Assembly (NCBI GenBank): GCA_028826165.1
Contig: JAPDFW010000061.1
Span: 486,775-550,774, forward strand
DNA length: 64,000 bases
From: Anaeramoeba ignava BMAN
Lineage: Eukaryota; Protista; Anaeramoebae
Direction of reading: 5' to 3'
Part shown: piece by piece, positions 25,320 through 37,284 of the stretch
Numbering within the stretch: the first letter of the stretch is position 1
How the letters are laid out: each line of letters starts with the position of its first letter
Notes under the pieces: model-generated
The model's input: the letters and a program-made list of their open reading frames with translations, nothing else
Databases searched by the model: none
What the model was told of the DNA's origin: nothing
Program-made: the position numbers and the translations under genes

Positions 25320-26505
25320 AATTCATTTTTAAATAAGATTTTTACTAATTGTATGTGGTCCTGCATGATATGCTTTATCTAAATGTTGTGCATGTTGTAA
25401 TAAACTAAGAACTTCAAATCTATAATCAAAAAGACCATAAAGAGCACCAATACCTAAATAAATCAAATAAATTAAATCAAATAAATAAATTAAATCAAAT
25501 AAATCAAATAAATTAAATCAAATAATAAAATAAATACCAATATCATCCATTCCTCCAATTTGTGCTCTATCCATAGTAAGTAATCGATATTCATAATCAG
25601 ATTTTGCTCCATTTGGATGCATTTTATTGAAAGAATCTCTATGATAAGTTTCTTGAAAAAGTGTATAAGTTCCAACACAATTAGTTGCTTTTAATCTTTT
25701 GAAATCAGAAACACTTAAAGCTGGAATTTCAACATTTATTCTTCTTATTTCACCATGTGGAGGTGATTTAACAGCATATGCAGTTTTAAGAGCATCAAGA
25801 AATTCATCAAAAGGATAAATAGGATGTTCTCCAGTTAACATAAGTATTCTTTTATGTCCTTGATTTTCAAGTGCAATAACTTCATTAATAAGTTCTTGTT
25901 TTGTTAATTTTGATCTTGGAATATCAGTATTTGAACCACGATATCCACAATAAAGACATCCTCCAGTACAATAATTTGATACATATAAAGGTGCAAATAA
26001 AACAATTCGATTTCCATATATTCTTTGTTTGATAAATAATGCTGTATTGAAAAGTTCATCTAATAAATCTTTGTTTTTTGTATCCATATTTAAAAGTGTT
26101 GCTGTTTCTTCTAATGTTAATCCTTGTACAAATTCATCTTTTAAATCTTCTTTTATATTCTTTAATAATGCATGATCTTTCGCTTTTTCAAGTATTTCTT
26201 TTATTGCATATTTATCTTTTGCTTTTTTTTTCGTTTTTTCAAGTGCTTCAAATATTTTATCTTCTTGAATAATATCTCTAACATCAGGAAGTTTATAATT
26301 TGTATCTCTTTCAGGAGACCAAGAAGTTCCTTTCATTTTCAATTTTTGATTTTGATTTTAATTTTAATTTTAATTTTAATTTTAATTTTAATTTTGATTT
26401 TGATTTTAATTTTGATTTTAATTTTAATTTTAATTTTGATTTTAATTTTGATTTTAATTTTAATTTTGATTTTGATTTTGATTTTGATTTTGATTTTGAT
26501 TTTTT
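25320..26505 (-). pseudogene. hydG: Partial duplicate of hydG (exons 2 and 3 only, with intron stubs)
   Basis: The 274-aa ORF is identical to 16831-17655; neither the presequence exon nor the last exon is adjacent. Confidence 0.8.
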
Positions 26506-26545
26506 AAAATTTCATTTTTTTTCTTCTTTTGAAATTTTTTTTTTA

Positions 26546-28830
26546 ATGAATGAAATATTTTTAATCAATCAAAGGGATATTAATAAAAAAACAACAATCC
26601 AACTAAATATTGAAGGGGAAATAAAAGAAATATCATCCGGTACAATAGGGACATTAATATTAACAACAACGGGAAAAGTATATGAATATCACGAAAAAAA
26701 AGTCAAACTCAAATTTGATGAAGCAAAAAAAGCAAGAGTTGCATTTTCGCATTTTTTAATACTAAAAGAAGACGGAAATGTTTATGGATATGGAAGAAAT
26801 CGGTCGGCTTATTTGCCCCCGAAAAATGGGGACACAAAGGAGTTTACCGAGCCAATTAAATTGCCATTTTTTGAGGAAAATGGAATTGAAATTATTGATA
26901 TTTGTGTTGGATGCTGTCAATGTTATTATCTTTCCAAAAACTACACTTTATATGCAAGTGGGCATAATTCAAGAAGTGAACTTGGTTTGGAAGAAAGAAA
27001 AAGCGAGGTTTATCCGCCTCAAGTTGTTGCTTTAAATGTTAAAAGACTTTTTAGTGATGATTATTCTTTTTTCTTTTTTTATGAAGATTTTAATCAGAAT
27101 TTTTTTGCTTCTGGTGAAAATGGAACAGGTCAATTGGGTATTGGTTCTCCTGATTCTCCTAAAATACCTCAGATTGTCCCTGATTTATGCAATAAAAAAG
27201 TGATTACTATTTCTTGTGGTTATCAACATTCAATTGCTATTATTGAAGAAGAAAATGGGAATCAAGATGTAAACAATTGATATAAAATTGATATAAAATT
27301 GATATAAAATTGATATAAAATTGATATAAAATTGATATAAAATTGATATAAAATTAATATAAAATAGATTTAAAATTGATTTAAAATTGATTTAAAATTG
27401 ATTTAAAATTGATTTAAAATTAATATAAAATTAATATAAAATTGATTTAAAATTGATTTAAAATTGATTTAAAATTGATTTAAAATTGATTTAAAATTGA
27501 TTTAAAATTGATTTAAAATTGATATAAAATTGATTTAAAATTGATTTAAAATTGATTTAAAATTGATATAAAATTGATTTAAAATTAATATAAAATTAAT
27601 ATAAAATTGATTTAAAATTGATATAAAATTGATTTAAAATTGATATAAAATTGATATAAAATTGATATAAAATTGATTTAAAATTGATATAAAATTGATA
27701 TAAAATTGATATAAAATTGATATAAAATTGATATAAAATTGATTTAAAATTAATTTAAAATTAATATAAAATTAATATAAAATTGATTTAAAATTGATTT
27801 AAAATTAATTTAAAATTGATATAAAATTGATTTAAAATTAATATAAAATTAATGATTTCTCTTTTTATTTTAGAAACCTTTCCATCAAATATGGATAGCA
27901 GGTGGGCCATTTAAAACAGATTACAAATTCCGGAAAATTGAAAGATTTGAAGAAAGAAGAGTGATTTCAGTTACATCACATTGTTGGGATGGTTGCCTAT
28001 TAACAGACAGAGGAGAAATCTATGATTACAATAAAAACAGGGATTTTGAAAATGAAATCAAACCAGAATATCTCAATCCAATTTCTTACATAAATAACTA
28101 TCGGATTGAATTTGGAATCTCATCATTGATTTATCAAGCTGCAGAAGATTTCATCTTAATAGAAGATCTTCAGAAATTACTTGAAAATCAAGAAATGACA
28201 GATTTTCAAATTCAAGGAATTGATGGATCAATCCATAAAGCACATCAACTTATTGTTCAAACAAGATTTTGTCGATCCAAAAAAACTTCGATTGAAAAAA
28301 TCACACAGTGTTTATCTCAAAAAACAAAAAAGGAGATCCAGTCTTTTTTACAGTTTGTTTATACTGGAAAAACTTTATATTTCAAGGAAATTTCAGAAAT
28401 TGGAAAAGAATTGGGAATTGAAAATATTAATGAAAAATTTGGAGGATCAAGGAAAGTTAGAAAATCAATTATAAAACTATTTAGTGATGAGGAAACAAAA
28501 GATTTTGCAATAGTTGTTAAAGACAAAGAAATTCGTGTTCACAAAATCATTTTACTTGCAAGAAGTGATTTATTTCGAGGAATGTTTTTGAGTGTTGTTG
28601 ATGATTTCTCAAATAAAGTTAGTGATTATAGTCAAAGAAGTTTCAAACAAATTTATTCTATTATTCGCATCCTTTATTTTGATCAAATTGATTCTCAAAC
28701 AGATTCAAAAACTATTAATGATTTTCAAGATGTGATTGATTATTATCAATTAAATCCAAGAATGAGAGAATTAATTAAGAATCGAAATGAAAAAATGAAT
28801 AGAAGAAAATTTAAACAAAAAGAAAAATAA
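26546..28830 (+). CDS. RCC1-like repeat + tandem BTB domain protein (exons 26546-27268, 27874-28830)
   Basis: SGHNSRSELG, GENGTGQLG, ISCGYQHSIA; TDFQI..HKAHQLIV and KDFAIV..IRVHKIILLARSDLFRGMF; the phase-0 intron restores the frame. Confidence 0.88.
27276..27852. repeat. Intronic 11-bp tandem repeat (TGATWTAAAAT)n
   Basis: Visible tandem repeat inside the GT-AG intron. Confidence 0.9.
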
Positions 28831-28849
28831 AATCCATTATTAATTTATA

Positions 28850-30810
28850 AATCTATTTCTGATTTAAATTTAAAATTTTAATTATAAGATCTATTTATAT
28901 TTTTCAAATTAAATATAATTATAAGATCTATTTATATTTTTAAATTAATTATTTTGGATTTAAATTAAAATATAATTATAAGATTTATTTATATTTTCAA
29001 ATTAAATATTGTTTTGGATTTAAATTAAAATTTAATTATAAGATTTATTTATATTTTCAAATTGAAATATTATTTTGGATTTGAATTGAAATATAATTAT
29101 AAGATTTATTTATATTTTTAAATTAAATATTAATTTGGATTTAAATTGAAATATAATTATAAGATCTATTTATATTTTCAAATTAAATATTGTTTTGGAT
29201 TTAAATTAAAATTTAATTATAAGATCTATTTATATTTTTAAATTAAATATTATTTTTGGATTTAAATTGAAATATAATTATAAGATTTATTTATATTTTT
29301 AAATTAAATATTAATTTTGGATTTAAATTGAAATATAATTATAAGATCTATTTATATTTTTAAATTAAATATTAATTTGGATTTAAATTAAAATTTAATT
29401 ATAAGATCTATTTATATTTTCAAATTAAAATATTATTTTGAATTTAAATTAAAATATAATTATAAGATCTATTTATATTTTTAAATTAAATATTATTTTG
29501 GATTTGAATTGAAATTTAATTATAAAGATCTATTTATATTTTTAAATTGAAATATTATTTTGAATTTAAATTGAAATATAATTATAAGATCTATTTATAT
29601 TTTTAAATTAATTATTTTGGATTTAAATTGAAATTTAATTATAAGATTTATTTATATTTTTAAATTGAAATATTTTGGATTTGAATTAAAAATATAATTA
29701 TAAGATCTATTTATATTTTTAAATTAATTATTATTTTGGATTTAAATTGAAATATTATAAGATTTATTTATATTTTTAAATTGAAATATTAATTTGGATT
29801 TAAATTGAAATATAATTATAAGATCTATTTATATTTTTAAATTGAAATATTATTTTGGATTTAAATTGAAATATAATTATAAGATCTATTTATATTTTTA
29901 AATTAAATATTAATTTGGATTTAAATTGAAATATAATTATAAGATCTATTTATATTTTTAAATTAAATATTAATTTGGATTTAAATTGAAATATTATAAG
30001 ATCTATTTATATTTTTAAATTAAATATTAATTTGGATTTAAATTAAAATATAATTATAAGATCTATTTATATTTTCAAATTAAATATTATTTTGGATTTA
30101 AATTGAAATATAATTATAAAATTTATTTATATTTTTAAATTAATTATTTTGGATTTAAATTGAAATATAATTATAAAATTTATTTATATTTTTAAATTAA
30201 ATATTATTTTGGATTTAAATTGAAATATTATAAGATTTATTTATATTTTTAAATTAAATATTGTTTTGGATTTAAATTAAAATTTTAATTATAAGATCTA
30301 TTTATATTTTTAAATTGAAATATTATTTTGGATTTAAATTAAAATTTTAATTATAAGATCTATTTATATTTTTAAATTGAAATATTATTTTTGGATTTAA
30401 ATTAAAATATAATTATAAGATCTATTTATATTTTTAAATTAAATATTTTTGGATTTGAATTAAAATTTAATTATAAGATTTATTTATATTTTTAAATTAA
30501 ATATTGTTTTGGATTTAAATTGAAATATAATTATAAGATCTATTTATATTTTTAAATTGAATATTGTTTTGGATTTAAATTAAAATATAATTATAAGATC
30601 TATTTATATTTTTAAATTAAATATTATTTTGGATTTAAATTAAAATATAATTATAAGATCTATTTATATTTTTGAATTGAATTATTGATTTGGATTTGAA
30701 TTAAAATATAATTATAAGATCTATTTATATTTTTAAATTAAATATTATTTTGGATTTGAATTGAAATATAATTATAAGATCTATTTATATTTTTAAATTA
30801 AAATATTAAA
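28850..30810. repeat. ~60-bp minisatellite array, roughly 32 copies
   Basis: Unit ~AATTATAAGATCTATTTATATTTTTAAATTAAATATTATTTTGGATTTAAATTGAAATAT; no unique spacers. Confidence 0.92.
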
Positions 30811-31812
30811 TGAGTAAGATCAATTTTTATTGTTAATTTAGATGAGTAAGATCTTTTTATTATTGTTTTTTTTTTTTTGTGAATTGAATTTTTTTAATAG
30901 AAAATTTAAATCTATTTTGAGGATTTTTTTGAAAAGAAATTTAATTTGAAAAATTTGGGTTTTTGTTAAAAAGAAAAAGAAAAAGAAAAATCCAAAAAAA
31001 AGAAAAAGAAAAAATTTTTTTTTAAAATAGATTATTTAATCAAAATTAAAATAAAAAAAAAAATAAATAAAAAAGATCAAATTTTTTTTTAATTAAAAAT
31101 AAAAATAAAAAAATTTAAATAAAAAAAAAAATTGCAAACAAGACAAATTTAAATAAATATAAATAAAGAGTTTTTTTAATTAAATTTTTTTAATTAAATT
31201 TTTTTAATTAAAATAAATAAAAGATCAAAAAAAAAAAAAAATAAATAAAAAAAAAAATTAAAAAAAAAAAAATTTAAATAAAAATAAATTATGTTGTGTC
31301 AGCAATTCTAACGACAAATATAACGTATCAAAAAGAATCGTTAAAAATTTTTAAATTATATTTTAAATAAAAATTAAATTAAATTAAATTAAAAAATGGT
31401 AAATAAAAATTAATTAAAAAATAAAAAATTAAAAAAATAAATTAAAAAAAAATTTTTTTTGATCGAAAAGATTTTAAAGGAAATTAAAAAATACATTTTC
31501 TGTTTCATTTTAATTTCTACACAAAATTTTTAAAGTAATTATTTAATTAATTCTTTTTTTTTTAAATTATTTTCTTTATTAAAAAAAAAGAATAAAAAAA
31601 AAAAGACTAAATTTATAAATAAACACAAAAAACAACAAGAATTATAAACACAAAGACATAAATAAACAATAAAATTAAAATCAAAAACAAAAAAAACACA
31701 CAAAAAAACAAAAAAACAATTTCAATTTCTAATTAATTAAAAAAAAAACAAACAAAAATTTTTTTTTTTATTTTTATTTTTTTATTTAGTTTTTTTTTTT
31801 TAACAAACAAAA

Positions 31813-33241
31813 ATGGGTTCAAAAAAAAAGAATACAAAAGATAAAAAAGAAAGTGCTCCAAAAAAACCAAGAAATGCTTATTTTCTTTTTGCAGCTGATA
31901 TTCGAGAAGAAATAACTCAAGCAAATCCAGGAATTAAAGTTGGTGAAATTTCTAAAATTACAGGTCAAAGATGGAAAGGAGTTGATGAAGAAACAAAGAA
32001 AGTAATTGTTATTTTTTGAAAGGAAAGAAAAAATTTTTCCTTTTAGAATTTTGATGAAAAAAAAAATTTATTTTGATCAATTCAGATAAAAATAAAAAAA
32101 TCATTTGATTATTTAATTTGATTATTTAACGGAAACTTGATTAAAATTTAAATTGATTAAGATTTAATTTGATTATTTAATTTGATTAAGATTTAATTTG
32201 ATTAAAATTTAAATTGATTAAGATTTAATTTGATTATTTAATTTGATTAAGATTTAATTTGATTAAAATTTAATTTGATTAAAATTTAAATTGATTAAGA
32301 TTTAATTTGATTAAGATTTAATTTGATTAAGATTTAATTTGATTAAGATTTAATTTGATTAAAATTTAATTTGATTAAAATTTAATTTGATTAAAATTAA
32401 AATTAAAATTAAAATTAAAATTAAAATTGATTAAAATTTAATTTGATTAAAATTTAATTTGATTAAAATTTAATTTGATTAAGATTTAATTTGATTAAGA
32501 TTTAATTTGATTAAGATTTAATTTGATTAAAATTTAATTTGATTAAAATTTAATTTGATTAAAATTAAAATTAAAATTAAAATTAAAATTAAAATTAAAA
32601 TTTAAATTAAAATTAAAATTAAAATTAAAATTTAATTAAATCTAGAAATACCAAAAACAAGCTGAAGAAGAAAAAGGTAAATATGAAAAATTAATGGAAG
32701 AATATCGAAAAGCACATCCAGAACCATCAGAAAGTTCTGATAGTGACAGTAACAAAAAGAAAAGAAAAGGAAAAAGAAAAGGAAAGAAAAAGGGAAAGAA
32801 AAAGAAATCAAAAAAAGATCCTAATGCACCAAAAGGACCTCAAAATGCTTATATGCTTTATGCTGCTGATGTTCGTCCTAAATTAATTCAAGATAACAAA
32901 GGAATGAGAGTTGGAGAAATTTCCAAAATAATCGGAAAACAATGGAAAGAACTTGATGAAGATGTTAAAAGAGTAAATTTAATTTTGATTTTATTTCCTT
33001 TCAAATTTTGGGAAATTTTTTTGATTATTTTTCTTCCTTTCAAATTTTTATTTAATTTTTAATTTTTTAATTTTTAAATTTTAAATAGAAATATCAAGAT
33101 CAAGCCAAAAAAGATCGAGAAGAATACAACAAAAAAATGGAAGAATATAAGAAGAATAAAAAGGAAACTTCTGAAAGTTCTGATACATCTGATTCATCTG
33201 ATACATCTTCAGATTCCGACAGTTCAACTTCAACTGATTAG
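31813..33241 (+). CDS. HMGB-type protein with two HMG boxes and a Ser/Asp-rich tail (exons 31813-32001, 32646-32972, 33089-33241)
   Basis: APKKPRNAYFLF...GEISKITGQRWK and KKDPNAPKGPQNAYMLY...GEISKIIGKQWK; phase-0 introns. Confidence 0.92.
32140..32640. repeat. Intronic 16-bp repeat (GATTAARATTTAATTT)n plus (AAAATT)n
   Basis: Fills HMG intron 1. Confidence 0.85.
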
Positions 33242-33483
33242 AAAATTCATTTCTTTCGTTGTAAATTCATTAGCTTTCGAAGCTAGATTGAGTTTTCAAA
33301 AATTGATTTTCTTTTCTTTTTACTTTTTACTTTTTTGACTTTTTTACTTTTTTGATTTTTTTACTTTTTTGATTTTTCAAATCAAATCTTTTTTTTTTTG
33401 ATGAAAGGTGATTAAAAAACAAATCACAACAAAATTTCCTTTCTTTTTTTATTTGGGAATTGAAATTAAAAAATTAAATTAAA

Positions 33484-34521
33484 TTATTTTTGATCTTTAT
33501 GTTGTTTCCATTTATCAATATTTGATAGAATTTCATTCCATTCTTTAATTTCTTTGATTTTTGTTTTATCTTTTGAAATATCAATCAAATTTTTAACTTT
33601 TGCTCCTTTTGTATTACAAGATTTAAATTGCTTTTCAGGAATACAAATATTATTCATTTCACATCCTGAAAAATCACATTTATCAAATTTACAATCAATA
33701 AAACTTGAATTATCAAAATTTGATTTGGAAAAATTTGATTTGATAAGTTTGCAAAATTTGAAAACACTTCCTTTAAAATTATGATTTTGAAAAGAAACAT
33801 TATTAGGAAAATTAACATTAACAAATTCAACATTTTGAAATGAACATTTTTCAAATTTTGGTCTCATCATTGAAGGTGCAGTAAAAATAACTTGTTCAAA
33901 TCTTGAACCATCAAATTTACAATTTTCAAAATTAGTATCAAAATAAGTTGAAGGTCCAAATAAACAATCAATAAATTCAAAATTCTTGAAACGAATTGTA
34001 CTGAAACTAAATCCAGTTAAATCTTGTCTTTCAATTCTTTTGGTATCTAAAATTGGATAAAGAGCAGTATTACTTCCATAATGTTGAATAGGAGTATTTG
34101 ATTCACTATGTTGAATACATTTTCTGAATTCTTTTGGAGTAAATGTTTGTCTTTTAAAAACTTCAAATTTTTCATTTAATAATTGTGTTAATGAATGAAT
34201 TGAATAATATTTTGATTCTTTTATTAAAATCTCTAATCCTTTTTTGTTTTCAAGTTTTGTTGGAATTGTAATTTCTGAAGTTCTTAAATAATCTAAAATG
34301 ATTTCAAAATATTTTGGATTTCTATCAAAAAATATTATTCCATCATTTATTATTGGAAATTGTTTCTGATTTGTAATAATTTCTTCAAATTTTGAATTTT
34401 TCCATTTTAATAAAGTTGTTGTTAATGTTTCAAATATTTTCCCTCCTACATTAATTTTGATTGGTTTTATGTTTAAATTTGTATTTTCTTGTTCAATATT
34501 TTTAGGTTTTTCATCTTCCAT
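33484..34521 (-). CDS. KCTD9-like BTB + pentapeptide-repeat protein
   Basis: Same motifs as the first array. Confidence 0.9.
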   Translation of the reverse strand: MEDEKPKNIEQENTNLNIKPIKINVGGKIFETLTTTLLKWKNSKFEEIITNQKQFPIINDGIIFFDRNPKYFEIILDYLRTSEITIPTKLENKKGLEILIKESKYYSIHSLTQLLNEKFEVFKRQTFTPKEFRKCIQHSESNTPIQHYGSNTALYPILDTKRIERQDLTGFSFSTIRFKNFEFIDCLFGPSTYFDTNFENCKFDGSRFEQVIFTAPSMMRPKFEKCSFQNVEFVNVNFPNNVSFQNHNFKGSVFKFCKLIKSNFSKSNFDNSSFIDCKFDKCDFSGCEMNNICIPEKQFKSCNTKGAKVKNLIDISKDKTKIKEIKEWNEILSNIDKWKQHKDQK

Positions 34522-34753
34522 TTCTTTTTTTTTTAAATTAAAATTTTTATTCTTAATTTGAATAAGTAAATATTTTATTTATTAAAAAATTACTTTTTTG
34601 CTTTTTTTTCTCTTTTTTTATTATTAAATTTGAAAATTTGAAATTAAAAAAATGAAATTAAGAAAATAAAAATAAAATTAATTTGAGAATTAGGATTAAA
34701 TTTTTTTTTGAAAATTGAAAAAATAAAGAATTTGGAAATTAAATTAAATTAAA

Positions 34754-35791
34754 TTATTTTTGATCTTTATGTTGTTTCCATTTATCAATATTTGATAGAA
34801 TTTCATTCCATTCTTTGATTTCTTTGATTTTTGTTTTATCTTTTGAAATATCAATTAAATTTTTAACTTTTGCTCCTTTTGTATTACAAGATTTAAATTG
34901 TTCTTCAGGAATACAAATATTATTCATTTCACATCCTGAAAAATTACATCCATCAATTTTACAATCAATAAAACTTGAATTATCAAAATTTGATTTGGAA
35001 AAATTAGATTTGATAAGTTTGCAAAATTTGAAAACACTTCCTTTAAAATTATGATGTTTAAAAGGAACATTATTAGGAAAATTAACATTAACAAATTCAA
35101 CATTTTGAAATGAACATTTTTCCAACTTTGGTCCACGAAATATTGGCTCAGTAAAAATAACTTGTTCAAATCTTGAACCATCAAATTTACAATTTTCAAA
35201 ATTAGTATCAAAATAAGTTGAAGGTCCAAATAAACAATCAATAAATTCAAAATTCTTGAATATAACTGTACTGAAACTAAATCCAGTTAAATCTTGTCTT
35301 TCAACTCTTCCTGTATCTAAAATTGGATAACGAGTACCATTAGGTCCATAAGGTTGAATAGGAATATTTGATTCACTATGATGAATACATTTTCTGAATT
35401 CTTTTGGAGTAAATGTTTGTCTTTTAAAAACTTCAAGTTTTTCATTTAATAATTGTGTTAATGAATGAATTGAATAATATTTTGATTCTTTTATTAAAAT
35501 CTCTAATCCTTTTTTGTTTTCAAGTTTTGTTGGAATTGTAATTTCTGAAGTTCTTAAATAATCTAAAATGATTTCAAAATATTTTGGATTTCTATCAAAA
35601 AATATTATTCCATCATTTATTATTGGAAATTGTTTCTGATTTGTAATAATTTCTTCAAATTTTGAATTTTTCCATTTTGATAAAGTTGTTGTTAATGTTT
35701 CAAATATTTTCCCTCCTACATTAATTTTGATTGGTTTTATGTTTAAATTTGTATTTTCTTGTTCAATATTTTTAGGTTTTTCATCTTCCAT
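34754..35791 (-). CDS. KCTD9-like BTB + pentapeptide-repeat protein
   Basis: Tandem paralog. Confidence 0.9.
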   Translation of the reverse strand: MEDEKPKNIEQENTNLNIKPIKINVGGKIFETLTTTLSKWKNSKFEEIITNQKQFPIINDGIIFFDRNPKYFEIILDYLRTSEITIPTKLENKKGLEILIKESKYYSIHSLTQLLNEKLEVFKRQTFTPKEFRKCIHHSESNIPIQPYGPNGTRYPILDTGRVERQDLTGFSFSTVIFKNFEFIDCLFGPSTYFDTNFENCKFDGSRFEQVIFTEPIFRGPKLEKCSFQNVEFVNVNFPNNVPFKHHNFKGSVFKFCKLIKSNFSKSNFDNSSFIDCKIDGCNFSGCEMNNICIPEEQFKSCNTKGAKVKNLIDISKDKTKIKEIKEWNEILSNIDKWKQHKDQK

Positions 35792-36025
35792 TTCTTTTTT
35801 TTTTTTAAATTAAAATTTTTGTTCTTAATTTGAATAAGTAAATATTTTATTTATTAAAAAATTACTTTTTTGCTTTTTTTTCTCTTTTTTTATTATTAAA
35901 TTTGAAAAAATGAAATTAAAAAAATGAAATTAAAAAAATAAAAATAAAATTAATTTGAGAATTAGGATTAAATTTTTTTTTGAAAATTGAAAAAATAAAG
36001 AATATGGAAATTAAATTAAATTAAA

Positions 36026-37063
36026 TTATTTTTGATCTTTATGTTGTTTCCATTTATCAATATTTGATAGAATTTCATTCCATTCTTGAACTGCTTCTAT
36101 TTTTACTTTATCTTTTGAAATATCAATCAAATTTGTAAATTTTGCTCCTTTTGTATTACAAGATTTAAATTGTTCTTCAGGAATACGAATATTATTCATT
36201 TCACATCCTGAAAAATCACATCCATCAATTTTACAATCAATAAAACTTGAATTATCAAAATTTGATTTGGAAAAATTAGATTTGATAAGTTTGCAAAATT
36301 TGAAAACACTTCCTTTAAAATTATGATGTTTAAAAGGAACATTATTAGGAAAATTAACTTTAACAAATTCAACATTTTGAAATGAACATTTTTCAAATTT
36401 TGGTCTCTTCATTGAAGGTGCAATAAAAATAACTTGTTCAAATCTTGAACCATCAAATTTACAATTTTTAAAATTAGTATCAAAATAAGTTGAAGGTCCA
36501 AATAAACAATCAATAAATTCAAAATTCTTGAATAGAATAGTTCTGAAAGTAAATCCAGTTAAATCTTGTCTTTCCATTCTTCCTATATTAAATATTGAAT
36601 AAGGAATACCATTAGGTCCATAAGGTTGAGTATGAAAAGTTGATTCACTATGAAGAATACATTTCCTGAATTCTTTTAGAGTAAATGTTTGTCTTTTAAA
36701 AAGTTGAACTTTTTCATTTAATAATTCTGTTAATGAATGAATTGAATAATATTTTGATTCTTTTATTAAAATTTCTAATCCTTCTTTGTTGTTTAGTTTT
36801 GTTGGAATTGTAATTTCTGAAGTTCTTAAATAATCTAAAATAATTTCGAAATATTTTGGATTTCTATCAAAAAATATTATTCCATCATTTATTATTGGAA
36901 ATTGTTTTTGATTTGTAATAATTTCTTCAAATTTTGAATTTTTCCATTTTAATAAAGTTGTTGTTAATGTTTCAAATATTTTCCCTCCTACATTAATTTT
37001 AATTGGTTTTATGTTTAAATTTGTATTTTCTTGTTCAATATTTTTGGGTTTTTCATCTTCCAT
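36026..37063 (-). CDS. KCTD9-like BTB + pentapeptide-repeat protein
   Basis: Tandem paralog. Confidence 0.9.
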   Translation of the reverse strand: MEDEKPKNIEQENTNLNIKPIKINVGGKIFETLTTTLLKWKNSKFEEIITNQKQFPIINDGIIFFDRNPKYFEIILDYLRTSEITIPTKLNNKEGLEILIKESKYYSIHSLTELLNEKVQLFKRQTFTLKEFRKCILHSESTFHTQPYGPNGIPYSIFNIGRMERQDLTGFTFRTILFKNFEFIDCLFGPSTYFDTNFKNCKFDGSRFEQVIFIAPSMKRPKFEKCSFQNVEFVKVNFPNNVPFKHHNFKGSVFKFCKLIKSNFSKSNFDNSSFIDCKIDGCDFSGCEMNNIRIPEEQFKSCNTKGAKFTNLIDISKDKVKIEAVQEWNEILSNIDKWKQHKDQK

Positions 37064-37284
37064 TTCTTTTTATTTAAATTAAATTTTTTGTTCTTAATTT
37101 GAATAAGTAAATATTTTATTTATTAAAAAATTACTTTTTTGCTTTTTTTTATTATTAAATTTGAAAATTTGAAATTAAAAAAATGAAATTAAGAAAATAA
37201 AAATAAAATTAATTTGAGAATTAGGATTAAATTTTTTTTTGAAAATTGAAAAAATAAAGAATTTGGAAATTAAATTAAATTAAA

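Noticed and set aside
28850-30810. CRISPR-like reading of the 60-bp array (and of the 143-bp array)
   Set aside because: Units are contiguous with no unique spacers, there are no cas genes, and the context is eukaryotic
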